DNA from: an uncultured Actinomycetes bacterium
Lineage (GTDB): Bacteria; Actinomycetota; UBA4738; HRBIN12
Reading direction: 5' to 3'
Length of the DNA stretch: 64,000 bases
Assembly (NCBI GenBank): GCA_963785835.1
Contig: CAWAWO010000002.1
Span: 140,464-204,463 of the forward strand
How positions within the stretch are numbered: the first letter of the stretch is position 1; the number at the start of each line of letters is the position of its first letter. The notes under the pieces were generated by a model. The model worked only from the letters and a program-made list of their open reading frames with translations, was not told the DNA's origin and did not search any database. The position numbers were made by a program, and so were the translations under genes. This document shows positions 1-8,387 of this stretch, one piece after another.

Positions 1-259
1 CCTGCAGCACGACGAGGAAGATCGACCCGCCGAACCCCGCGCGCTCGGGCTCCAGGTACCGCGAGAGCATCGTCCACACGTGGGGCATCGCCTGGTCGTT
101 CGCCCTCGGCAGGATCGTCCAGCCGAACACCGTCCCGCCGTCCTGCGGCCCGACCAGCTTGTAGAGCTCCCAGATCGCCGCGACGAGCACCAGCGCGAGC
201 AGGAACATCGCCGTTCGCCGGAAGCGCCGGATGGTGTCGGTCCGCGAACCGAGGCTCAC
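1..259 (-). CDS. ABC transporter permease, N-terminal part (gene runs off window start)
   Basis: Minus frame reads VSLGSRTDTIRRFRRTAMFLLALVLVAAIWELYKLVGPQDGG..FLVVLQ, with a TM helix typical of NitT/TauT-type permease N-termini. The GTG start at 259 overlaps the stop of the upstream LLM gene (GTGA). Confidence 0.5.
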   Translation of the reverse strand, partial: MSLGSRTDTIRRFRRTAMFLLALVLVAAIWELYKLVGPQDGGTVFGWTILPRANDQAMPHVWTMLSRYLEPERAGFGGSIFLVVLQ

Positions 260-1272
260 GTCTTCGCGCGCACCGTGTCGGCGATGGCCGGGATGACCTT
301 CTCGCCGTAGGCCTGGAGGGTTTCGTCCTTGGCGTCGTGCTGCAGGTAGACCGCGAACTGGTGCACGCCCATGCCCTTCAGCTCCTCGAGGCGGCGAACG
401 TGCTCCTCGACCGGCCCGAGGATGCAGAAGCGGTCGACGATCTCGTCGGGCACGAACTCCGTGTGGACGTTGCCGGCCTTGCCGTGCTGGTTGTAGTCGT
501 AGTCCTGGCGGCCCTTGATGTACGCGGTCAGCGCCTCGGGCACCTCGGAGTGCTCGCCGTAGCGGGCGACGATGTCGGCGACGTGGTTGCCGACCATGCC
601 GCCGAACCAACGGCACTGATCCCGCGCGTGCGCGACGTCGTCGGTCACGTAGGCGGGCGCGGCGACGCAGATCATCACGTCGTCGGGATCGCGCCCGGCT
701 TCCTCGGCGGCCTTGCGGACGGCGCCGATCGTCCACTCGGTGATGTGCGGGTCGGCGAGCTGGAGGATGAACCCGTCGCCCACCTCGCCGATCAGCTTGA
801 GCGCCTTGGGCCCGTAGCCCGCGACCCACACCTCCGCCCGGCTCCGAGACGCCCACGGGAAGCGGATCTTCGAGCCCCGGTACTCGGCCGTGCGGCCGTT
901 CACGAGCTCTCGGATCACGTCGACGCTCTCGCGCAGCGTGGCGAGCGTCGTCGGCTTGCCGTTGATGACCCGCACCGCGGAATCGCCCCGGCCGATGCCG
1001 ATCACCGTCCGGTTGCCGAACATCTCGTTCAGCGTCGCGAACACGCTCGCGGTCACGGTCCAGTCGCGGGTCGCGGGGTTGGTCACCATCGACCCCACGA
1101 TCACCTTGCGCGTGTTCGCGAGGATCTGCGTGTAGATCGGGAACGGCTCCTGCCACAGGATGTGGCTGTCGAACGTCCACACGTGCGTGAACCCGTAGGT
1201 CTCCGCCTTCGTGCCGAGGTCGATCACGCGAGCGCTCGGTGGAGTGGTCTGCAGCACCACGCCGACGTCCAT
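256..1272 (-). CDS. LLM-class (luciferase-like) flavin/F420-dependent oxidoreductase
   Basis: 338-aa ORF with typical LLM sequence (GFTHVWTFDSHILWQEP, GIGRGDSAVRV, WVAGYGPKALKLIGEVGDGFILQLADP). Co-directional and tightly packed with the ureidopropionase-like gene. Confidence 0.85.
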   Translation of the reverse strand: MDVGVVLQTTPPSARVIDLGTKAETYGFTHVWTFDSHILWQEPFPIYTQILANTRKVIVGSMVTNPATRDWTVTASVFATLNEMFGNRTVIGIGRGDSAVRVINGKPTTLATLRESVDVIRELVNGRTAEYRGSKIRFPWASRSRAEVWVAGYGPKALKLIGEVGDGFILQLADPHITEWTIGAVRKAAEEAGRDPDDVMICVAAPAYVTDDVAHARDQCRWFGGMVGNHVADIVARYGEHSEVPEALTAYIKGRQDYDYNQHGKAGNVHTEFVPDEIVDRFCILGPVEEHVRRLEELKGMGVHQFAVYLQHDAKDETLQAYGEKVIPAIADTVRAKT

Positions 1273-1291
1273 GACTGCCCTCCCTCGGGCC

Positions 1292-2131
1292 TCAGCGGGC
1301 GACGATCGGGTCGTACGCGTCGGGCCGGCGGTCCCGGTAGAACGCCCAGCGGTCCCGGACCGCGCGGATCTTGTCGAGATCGAGGTCGCGCACGATCAGC
1401 TCGGGCTTGTACGCGTCGCCGACCTCGCCGACGAACTGCCCCTCGGGATCGACGAAGTAGCTCTGGCCGTAGAAGTCGTTCTCGCCGAGCGGCTCGATGC
1501 CCACCCGGTTGATCGCGCCGACGTAGTACATGTTCGCGACCGCGGCGGCCGGCTGCTCGAGCCGCCAGATGTACTCGGAGAGGCCGCGGTGGGTGGCCGA
1601 GGGGTTGAACACGATCTCGGCGCCGCCGAGGCCGAGGATCCTCCAGCCCTCGGGGAAGTGCCGGTCGTAGCAGATGTACACGCCGACCTTGCCGACCGCG
1701 GTCTCGAAGATCGGGTACCCCTCGGTCCCGGGCGCGAAGTAGAACTTCTCCCAGAACCCCTTCACCTGCGGGATGTGCTGCTTGCGGTACTTGCCGAGGT
1801 AGGTGCCGTCGGCGTCGATCACCGCGGCGGTGTTGTGGTACAGGCCGGGCTGCACGACCTCGTACATCGGCAGCACCATCACCATGCCGAGCTCCTTGGC
1901 CACGCTCTGGAACCGCTTCGTGGTCGGGCCGTCGGGGATCGGCTCGGTGTAGCTGTAGTACTGGGCGTCCTGCACCTGGCAGAAGTACGGCCCGTAGAAC
2001 AGCTCCTGGAAGCAGATGACCTCGGCGCCCTGCGCCGAGGCCTCGCGGGCCGCCTCCTCGTGCTTGTCGGTCATCGACTCCTGGTCGCCGGACCAGTCGG
2101 TCTGCAGCAGCGCGGCCTTCACGGTGGTCAT
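1292..2131 (-). CDS. beta-ureidopropionase-like carbon-nitrogen (nitrilase superfamily) amidohydrolase
   Basis: Nitrilase-superfamily motifs (CFQELF, YRKQHIP, VYICYDRHFPE with catalytic Cys). ATG at 2131 is preceded by GGGAGGG; the ORF-track start at 2203 is probably too long. Confidence 0.85.
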   Translation of the reverse strand: MTTVKAALLQTDWSGDQESMTDKHEEAAREASAQGAEVICFQELFYGPYFCQVQDAQYYSYTEPIPDGPTTKRFQSVAKELGMVMVLPMYEVVQPGLYHNTAAVIDADGTYLGKYRKQHIPQVKGFWEKFYFAPGTEGYPIFETAVGKVGVYICYDRHFPEGWRILGLGGAEIVFNPSATHRGLSEYIWRLEQPAAAVANMYYVGAINRVGIEPLGENDFYGQSYFVDPEGQFVGEVGDAYKPELIVRDLDLDKIRAVRDRWAFYRDRRPDAYDPIVAR

Positions 2132-2276
2132 GGTCCCTCCCGCGTGTTCGTCGGGGTCCCCGAGTCGATGTCGTCGGGGCCTGTTCGGCACGATGGTAAC
2201 CACGCGCCGCCCGAGGCGCGAGGGGGGTTCAGCGAACCCGGCTCAGCGACGCCGCAGGTAGAACCAGGCCGCCCCT

Positions 2277-2852
2277 TCAGGCTCGGTGCCGGGCAGGACG
2301 CGTTCGAGCTCGAACGCGCGAATCGAACCGCCGCCGGATCTCCGGCTCGCGGGTTCGGCGCGGGGCGCCCGGAAGCCGGAACCACGGCCCGAACGCGAAG
2401 ATCATCATCCGCGCGCCCGTCCGGGCTACCCGCGCGACCTGTCGCACGTAGTCGTCCCGACGCCGAACGGCGACCGAGTGGAAGCAGCCGATGTCCAGCA
2501 CGAAGTCGAACGGGCCGTCGATCTCGAGCTCGAGCAGGCCCGTGACGTCGCCCTCGACGAACGTCGCGCCTGTCGTCCCTTCCGCCTTGCGCCGCGCGGC
2601 CTCGATCGCGAGCCCCGAGAAGTCCACGCCGGTCGCCGTCCACCCGCGCCGGACGAGCCACAGGACGTTGGTGCCGGTCCCGCATCCGAGATCGAGCGCC
2701 CGGCCGGGCTCCATCGGCGACACCTCGTCGACGACCTCGGGAGGCGTGATGCCCGTGTCCCACGGCGTCCGACCCCGGCGGTACGCGCGCTCGTAGAGGC
2801 GTTCGACGATCCCCACGGGGCGATCACTCACGAGACGTCGACCTTCCTCCAT
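2277..2852 (-). CDS. class I SAM-dependent methyltransferase
   Basis: SAM-binding motif I ALDLGCGTGTNVLWL and a post-I acidic residue (GVDFS). ATG at 2852 (MEEGRR) chosen over the upstream start at 2948. Confidence 0.75.
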   Translation of the reverse strand: MEEGRRLVSDRPVGIVERLYERAYRRGRTPWDTGITPPEVVDEVSPMEPGRALDLGCGTGTNVLWLVRRGWTATGVDFSGLAIEAARRKAEGTTGATFVEGDVTGLLELEIDGPFDFVLDIGCFHSVAVRRRDDYVRQVARVARTGARMMIFAFGPWFRLPGAPRRTREPEIRRRFDSRVRARTRPARHRA

Positions 2853-2983
2853 CCGTTCTACGGTCACCGCGGGCGCTCGGTCAACGTTCGGGGGTGTGGC
2901 GGGCCGCCGGGGCGGTGCGGTAGAACACGGCCAGGCATCGAGGTTCATGCAGCTGGGCAGCGCGAGAGAACGGAGCCGGAACC

Positions 2984-4357
2984 ATGAGGACGCTCATCAA
3001 GGGTGGAACGGTCGTCACCGCGACCGAAACGACGAAGGCCGACGTCGTGATCGAGGACGAGCAGGTCGCCGCGATCGGGGTCGGCATCCCGGTCCAGGCC
3101 GACGTCGAGATCGACGCGACGGACAGGTACGTGATGCCGGGCGGCGTCGACGTCCACACGCACATGGACCTGCCGTTCGGCGGCAGCTTCTGTTCGGACG
3201 ACTTCGAGACGGGAACGGTCGCGGCCGCGTTCGGCGGGACGACGACGATCGTGGACTTCGCGGTCCAGGACTACGGGGAGGGCCTGCGGCAGGGGCTCGA
3301 TCGCTGGCACGAGAAGGCGAAGCGGGCCACGACCGATTTCGGGTTCCACATGATCGTGCGGGAGGTCAACGACCAGGTCCTGAAGGAGATGGACGAGCTC
3401 GTGGGCGAGGGCGTGACCTCGTTCAAGCTGTTCATGGCGTACCCGGGCGTGTTCATGCTCGACGACGCCGCGATCTTCAGGGCGATGCGGCAGGCGGCCG
3501 ACTCGGGCGCGCTGATCATGATGCACGCGGAGAACGGCGGGCCGATCGACGTGCTCGTGCGGCAGTTCCTCGATGAGGGCAAGACCGACCCCGTCAACCA
3601 CGGCCTCACGCGCCCGGCCGTGATGGAGGGCGAGGCCGTGCATCGGGCGTTCAAGCTCGCGGAGCTCGCCGGCGCTCCCGCGTACATCGTGCACCTGTCC
3701 TCTCGCGATGCGCTCGAGGCCGTGCGTGAAGCTCGGGACCGCGGCCAGCCCGCGTACGCGGAGACGTGCCCCCAGTACCTCTACCTGTCGCTGGACGACC
3801 TCGCGCGTCCCGGGTTCGAGGGGGCGAAGTTCGTCTGCTCGCCGCCGCTGCGCTCGGCCGACCATCAAGAGGACCTGTGGAAGGGGCTTGCGGGCAACGA
3901 CCTGCAGATCGTCTCGACCGATCACGCGCCGTTCAACTACGTCGGGCAGAAGGACATGGGCAAGGACGACTTCTCGAAGATCCCGAACGGCCTCCCCTCG
4001 GTCGAGGACCGGTTCACACTGCTCTATGAGGGCGTCGAGACCGGCCATATCGGGCTCAACCGGTTCGTGGAGCTCGTGGCGACGGCTCCGGCCAAGATGT
4101 TCGGCCTGTACCCGCGCAAGGGCACGATCGCTCCGGGCTCCGACGCGGACATCGTGGTGTTCGACCCGTCGGTCGAACGAGAGATCTCGGCGACCACGCA
4201 CCACATGAACGTGGACTATTCGCCGTACGAGGGGCGGAAGGTGCGCGGGGTGCCCGAGGTCGTGATGCAGCGGGGCAACGTCCTGGTGAAGGACGGCCGG
4301 TTCCAGGGGAGGTCGGGCGACGGCCGGTTCCTGCCGAGGAGCCGTATCCCGGGCTGA
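2984..4357 (+). CDS. hydA: dihydropyrimidinase / D-hydantoinase
   Basis: 457 aa. Cyclic amidohydrolase hallmarks: N-terminal LIKGGTVV, metal ligands DVHTHMD, the carboxylated-Lys region FKLFMAY, and MMHAENG. Confidence 0.9.
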   Translation: MRTLIKGGTVVTATETTKADVVIEDEQVAAIGVGIPVQADVEIDATDRYVMPGGVDVHTHMDLPFGGSFCSDDFETGTVAAAFGGTTTIVDFAVQDYGEGLRQGLDRWHEKAKRATTDFGFHMIVREVNDQVLKEMDELVGEGVTSFKLFMAYPGVFMLDDAAIFRAMRQAADSGALIMMHAENGGPIDVLVRQFLDEGKTDPVNHGLTRPAVMEGEAVHRAFKLAELAGAPAYIVHLSSRDALEAVREARDRGQPAYAETCPQYLYLSLDDLARPGFEGAKFVCSPPLRSADHQEDLWKGLAGNDLQIVSTDHAPFNYVGQKDMGKDDFSKIPNGLPSVEDRFTLLYEGVETGHIGLNRFVELVATAPAKMFGLYPRKGTIAPGSDADIVVFDPSVEREISATTHHMNVDYSPYEGRKVRGVPEVVMQRGNVLVKDGRFQGRSGDGRFLPRSRIPG

Positions 4358-4384
4358 GTGCGTCGCGCGTCGACGAGGGTCGTG

Positions 4385-4957
4385 ATGGCGGCCGAGACGC
4401 ACATCCTGATGGAGGGCTACCTCGGGCCTGGCGATCTCACCGCGGCGACGGTCGGGTTCGTTCGGGACGGCGAGGTGTTGGTGGTCGTCGATCCGGGGCT
4501 CGTGCCCGGTCGGCAGGCGATCCTCGATCCGCTCGCCGACCTCGGCGTCGAGCCCGAAGCGATCACGGACGTGGTGCTCTCGCACCACCATCCCGACCAC
4601 ACGTTGAACGCGGCGTTGTTCCCGAACGCCCGGGTCCACGACCACTGGGCGTGGTACCGCGACGACCTGTGGGTCACCCGTCCCGCGGAGGGCTTCGAGC
4701 TGTCGCCTTCGATCCGACTGATCGAGACGCCCGGTCACTCCGCCCAGGACATCTCGACCGTAGTGGACACCGACGACGGGCTGGTGGTCTTCACCCACCT
4801 CTGGTGGACGTCGGAGCGCCCCGAGGAGGACCCGTACGCGCCCGACCCCGCGCTGCTCCACGAGAACCGCAGGCGAGTCCTTTCCTTGCCTGGGCTCCGG
4901 ACGGTCGTCCCCGGTCACGGTGCGCCGTTCGAGCCCGGGCCCGGGACGCCGCCCTGA
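4385..4957 (+). CDS. MBL-fold metallo-hydrolase
   Basis: HHHPDH zinc motif and later TPGHS. ATG at 4385 preferred; a GTG at 4358 directly abuts the hydA stop. Confidence 0.75.
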   Translation: MAAETHILMEGYLGPGDLTAATVGFVRDGEVLVVVDPGLVPGRQAILDPLADLGVEPEAITDVVLSHHHPDHTLNAALFPNARVHDHWAWYRDDLWVTRPAEGFELSPSIRLIETPGHSAQDISTVVDTDDGLVVFTHLWWTSERPEEDPYAPDPALLHENRRRVLSLPGLRTVVPGHGAPFEPGPGTPP

Positions 4958-5259
4958 GCCCGTCCCGGCGCGATGCGGTAGCCCACGCCGCGCTCCGTCT
5001 CGATCCAACCAGGGCCGAGCTTCCTGCGCAGGTACCGGACGTAGACGTCGACCCGGTTCGACCGGGGGTCGAAGTCGAGCGACCAGACCTCGGCGAGCAG
5101 CTCGCGTCGACCCACGGTCTCGCCTTCGTGACGCATCAGCGTCTCGAGCAACTCGAACTCTCGCGGCGTGAGCCTCACCACGCGTTCGCCGACGCGGGCC
5201 GTGCGGGAGAGCAGATCCAGCTCGAGGTCGCCGACCTTCAGCCGGACGACGTGGGCCAC
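4915..5259 (-). CDS. stand-alone OmpR/PhoB-type winged-helix DNA-binding domain protein (no receiver domain)
   Basis: The last 114 codons of the 4915..6405 ORF read VGDLELDLLSRTARVGERVVRLTPREFELLETLMRHEGETVGRRELLAEVW..VDVYVRYLRRKLG..IETERGVGYRI, a complete trans_reg_C domain. GTG at 5259. The upstream part of that ORF overlaps mmuM out of frame. Confidence 0.55.
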   Translation of the reverse strand: MAHVVRLKVGDLELDLLSRTARVGERVVRLTPREFELLETLMRHEGETVGRRELLAEVWSLDFDPRSNRVDVYVRYLRRKLGPGWIETERGVGYRIAPGRAQGGVPGPGSNGAP

Positions 5260-5402
5260 GTCGGTTCCGAGGCCGCTGGGAGCCAGCGATCGGTTCCCGC
5301 TCGATGTGGCTCGAGCACCCACGCCACATGTTCGCGGCACCCGGCCGATCGGATCACAAATCTCACGGCCGGATCTTCGGAGCTTCGGGGCCGTCCTCGG
5401 GA

Positions 5403-6311
5403 TCAGGCCCGGCCGAGCGCCTCGGCGACGGCGACGATGTCCTCCGGCGTCGTCCCGCAGCAGCCACCGATGAGCCGCGCCCCGGCCGCGTTCCACTCGC
5501 CGGGCCGCAGCGGCGGCCGGGCGTCCTGGCGGGGCGGGTCGGTCCACGACCTGCGAACCGGGTCCCAGAACGATCCGCGGTTCGGGTAGCAGACGACGGG
5601 CCGGTCGGTCAGCGCTGCCGCCGTTTCCACGAGCGACGAGATGTGGAGCGGTGGCGTGCAGTTGACGCCGACCGCGATCACGTTCGGCGATGACGTCGCG
5701 ACGGCCACGGCCTCCTCGAACGGCGTCCCGTCGCAGATGTGCGCGCCGTCGCGGCAGCTGAAGCTCACCCAGGCCGGAACGCGCTGTTCGTGCTCGAGCG
5801 CCCGGACGAGCGCGCGCGCCTCCACGATCGAGGGGATCGTCTCGATCGCGAACAGGTCGGGTTCGGCATCGGCGAGCGCCTCCATCCGTGGAACGTGGAA
5901 GGCCACGAGCTCGTCCTCGTCGCGGTCGTAGTCGCCGGTGTACTCGGCGCCGTTGCCGAGCATCGCGCCGTACGGACCGATCGACGCCGCGATCACGTGA
6001 CCGTCCGGGTCGGCTTCGCGGGCGAGCTCGACGCTCCGGCGCATGAGCGCGGCTGCCTCGGCCGTGCCGAACCCGCGACCCGCGAGCCCCTCGAAGGTCG
6101 CCTGATAGCTCGAGGAGATGGCGACGTCGGCGCCGGCCTCGAAGTAGGCGGCGTGGACCTCGCGGATCCGGTCGGGGTCCTCGACCAGCACGCGAGCGGA
6201 CCAGAGCGGGTCGCGCAGGTCCGCCCCCCGGCGTTCGAGCTCGGTCGCCAGACCGCCGTCGAGCACGACCGACCCGCGCTCCTCGAGGATCGGCTCGAAC
6301 GGGTTCCTCAT
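5403..6311 (-). CDS. mmuM: homocysteine S-methyltransferase
   Basis: 302 aa. VVLDGGLATELERRG at the N-terminus and GGCCGTTPEDI near the C-terminus (Zn-binding Cys pair) are typical of the family. Confidence 0.85.
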   Translation of the reverse strand: MRNPFEPILEERGSVVLDGGLATELERRGADLRDPLWSARVLVEDPDRIREVHAAYFEAGADVAISSSYQATFEGLAGRGFGTAEAAALMRRSVELAREADPDGHVIAASIGPYGAMLGNGAEYTGDYDRDEDELVAFHVPRMEALADAEPDLFAIETIPSIVEARALVRALEHEQRVPAWVSFSCRDGAHICDGTPFEEAVAVATSSPNVIAVGVNCTPPLHISSLVETAAALTDRPVVCYPNRGSFWDPVRRSWTDPPRQDARPPLRPGEWNAAGARLIGGCCGTTPEDIVAVAEALGRA

Positions 6312-6388
6312 CGTTCGGACAGCCTACGGCGTTGACCTCGCACGCTCTCCGGCGCAGGATGCATCGTCGCCGCTCGGGGGAGGAGCTC

Positions 6389-6919
6389 GTGGTCGCAGCC
6401 AGCACCTACATGATCGTGTTCCGCATCCTCCACATCCTCGGAGGGATCGCCTGGGGCGGTTCGATCTTCCTGATGGTGTTCTTCCTGCAGCCGACCGCGA
6501 AGGCGGTGGGGCCGGGCGCGGGGCCGTTCATGCGCGAGCTGCTCGGCACGCGCCGGTTGCTGGACGTGATCCTGTGGATCGCGGCGATCACGATCGTCGC
6601 CGGCGGGTTCCTCTACTGGAACAACCTGGACACCGCGGGCGGTTTGGGCGATCTCCTCGATACGAACTACGGCGTGGCGATCACGCTCGGAGCGGTCTCG
6701 GCGCTGATCGCGTTCGGGATCGGGCTGTTCGCGACGCGTCCCACCGTCAAGCGAACGCTGGCGCTCGGCGGGCAGATCGCGCAGGCCGGCGACCAGCCGC
6801 CGCCCGAGCTGATCCAGGAGCTCCAGGCGACGCAGGCGAAAGCTCGGACGCTCGCGAAGGTGAACGTCACGTTCGTCGCGCTCGCCGCGTTCTTCATGGC
6901 GACCGCGCGCTACTGGTAG
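6389..6919 (+). CDS. hypothetical 4-TM membrane protein
   Basis: Hydrophobic helices (IVFRILHILGGIAWGGSIFLMVFF, ILWIAAITIVAGGFLYW, AITLGAVSALIAFGIGLFA, VTFVALAAFFMATA). GTG at 6389 sits behind GGGGGAGGAG. Confidence 0.6.
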   Translation: MVAASTYMIVFRILHILGGIAWGGSIFLMVFFLQPTAKAVGPGAGPFMRELLGTRRLLDVILWIAAITIVAGGFLYWNNLDTAGGLGDLLDTNYGVAITLGAVSALIAFGIGLFATRPTVKRTLALGGQIAQAGDQPPPELIQELQATQAKARTLAKVNVTFVALAAFFMATARYW

Positions 6920-6956
6920 CTCGCTCGGACGGCGCGTCGTCCCGGGCGAAGCATGC

Positions 6957-6992
6957 GAACGGGCCGGGCCCGCACGCGGGCCCGGCCCGTTC
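6957..6992. terminator. perfect GC-rich hairpin (15-bp stem), candidate bidirectional terminator
   Basis: GAACGGGCCGGGCCC-gcacgc-GGGCCCGGCCCGTTC, read directly. Lies 38 nt after the 6919 stop and downstream of the minus-strand micro-ORF. No T-tract. Confidence 0.5.
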
Positions 6993-7140
6993 GGTCGCTC
7001 ATCGCCTCACCGGTACTTCGGGCCCTCGAGGGGCTTCGTCCGATAGACCGATCGGAACCGATGAGGTTGGTGATCTGGTTGGATTCTGCCGGTCGCCCGG
7101 CGCACGGGGCGGGGCGGTGGCCCCGGCCCGAGAGGGACGG

Positions 7141-7182
7141 CTAGCAGCCGATCACCTCGGGGGTCTCCTGCGGTTTATGCAA
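7141..7182 (-). CDS. candidate 13-codon micro-ORF (M/L-HKPQETPEVIGC) behind a near-perfect Shine-Dalgarno
   Basis: Minus strand reads GAAAGGAGGTGGTCCTAC-TTG CAT AAA CCG CAG GAG ACC CCC GAG GTG ATC GGC TGC TAG. GGAGG lies 9 nt before the TTG. It sits in the largest intergenic gap of the window, and I recognise no homology. Confidence 0.2.
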   Translation of the reverse strand: MHKPQETPEVIGC

Positions 7183-7318
7183 GTAGGACCACCTCCTTTC
7201 TCCCGTACGTGCATCGTGCGACAGATGCGGCCGGGTGGCAAGCAGCGTGGCCGACCCGACCAGCCGCGGGGGTACGCTCGCTCGGTGAACTCGGTCTACG
7301 ACCTCACGTTCGACCAGC

Positions 7319-8335
7319 TTGTCCGAGCGCCTCGGCGAGTGGGGGGAGCCGGCGTTCCGAGCCCGGCAGGTGCACCGCCAGCTCTGGGTGCGAGCCGCGA
7401 CCTACGACCGGATGCCGGAAGTCCCGAAGGCGCTTCGCGAACGTCTCGAGACGGAGCTTCCGATCGGCGTCGAGGTGCTCGAGGAGCGCCGAGCCGACGA
7501 CGGCGCCACCCGGAAGGCGCTGCTGCGACTCGGCGGCCGGCACGACATCGAGGTCGTCCTCATGGGCTATCGCGATCGGGTCACCGCGTGCGTCTCGACG
7601 CAATCCGGCTGTGCGATGGGATGCGGGTTCTGCGCGACCGGGCAGATGGGCCTTCGGAACAACCTGACCGCGGGCGAGATCGCGGCGCAGGTGCTCTGGG
7701 CGCGGCGCGAGGCGCCCGCCCTTCCGGGCTCCACGCCCGGCCGGCTCTCGAACGTGGTGTTCATGGGGATGGGCGAACCGCTCTCGAACGAGCGCCACAC
7801 GTTCGCGGCGCTCGGACTGATGACGGGACCGATGGGTGTCGGAGACCGCCACATCACGGTCTCCACCGTGGGCGTCGCCCCCGCGATCCGTCGCCTCGCC
7901 GAGGCGTTCCCGCAGGTGGGTCTCGCTGTCAGCCTGCACGCGGCCGACGACGACCTCCGGAGCGAGCTCGTGCCGGTGAACCGGCTCTGGCCGCTGGAGG
8001 AGCTGCAGGACGCGATCGACTTCTGGCGTGAGCGCACGCACCGGCGCCCATCGATCGAGTGGGCGATGATCGATCGCACCAACGACTCGGACGAGCAGGC
8101 CGAACGGCTCGCGCCGATCGCCCTCCGGCTCCGGGCGCACGTGAACCTCATCCCGCTGAACCCGACGCCGGGGTGGCCGTCACGGCCGAGTCCCGCCGCG
8201 CGCATCGACGCCTTCGCGGCGATCCTGACCGATGCCGGCGTGACCGTGACCGTTCGCGACACGCGCGGGCGCGAGATCGATGCCGCGTGCGGCCAGCTCT
8301 CGCTCGAGCACCAGGTCCGCGCGCAGACGGTCTGA
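7319..8335 (+). CDS. rlmN: 23S rRNA/tRNA (adenine-C2)-methyltransferase, radical SAM
   Basis: GEPAFRARQ N-terminal motif, radical-SAM CAMGCGFCATG, MGMGEPL, and C-terminal DAACGQL. TTG start at 7319, but see the finding on an upstream out-of-frame N-terminus. Confidence 0.9.
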   Translation: MSERLGEWGEPAFRARQVHRQLWVRAATYDRMPEVPKALRERLETELPIGVEVLEERRADDGATRKALLRLGGRHDIEVVLMGYRDRVTACVSTQSGCAMGCGFCATGQMGLRNNLTAGEIAAQVLWARREAPALPGSTPGRLSNVVFMGMGEPLSNERHTFAALGLMTGPMGVGDRHITVSTVGVAPAIRRLAEAFPQVGLAVSLHAADDDLRSELVPVNRLWPLEELQDAIDFWRERTHRRPSIEWAMIDRTNDSDEQAERLAPIALRLRAHVNLIPLNPTPGWPSRPSPAARIDAFAAILTDAGVTVTVRDTRGREIDAACGQLSLEHQVRAQTV

Positions 8336-8387
8336 CTCAGGGCCGCAGGCCGAGGACCCGAGGCTCGGCTGCTAGCGTGATGCGCCC

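Noticed and set aside
2945-5329. 794-aa minus-strand ORF covering hydA and the MBL gene. Similar very long ORFs occur at 337..1512, 1211..2545, 8337..10811, 14920..16854, 16321..18411, 41807..44218, 42690..44945, 45925..47052, 47524..49263, 47777..49573, 59132..61012 and 59679..61595.
   Set aside because: Their translations are Arg/Pro/Gly/Asp-rich with no motifs. They lie antisense to or out of frame with genes that have clear family signatures. Stop-poor off-frames are expected at about 70% GC.
4915-6405. 496-aa ORF as a single protein.
   Set aside because: Only the last 114 codons look like a real domain (OmpR winged helix). The rest overlaps mmuM in another frame and is compositional junk.
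6953-7144. 63-aa plus-strand ORF in the large intergenic gap.
   Set aside because: Arg-rich with no SD. It spans the terminator hairpin, so it is most likely non-coding.
7189-7200. CCACCTCCTTTC on the plus strand, identical in style to the 3' end of 16S rRNA.
   Set aside because: No rRNA-like sequence flanks it. It is simply the complement of a strong Shine-Dalgarno on the minus strand.
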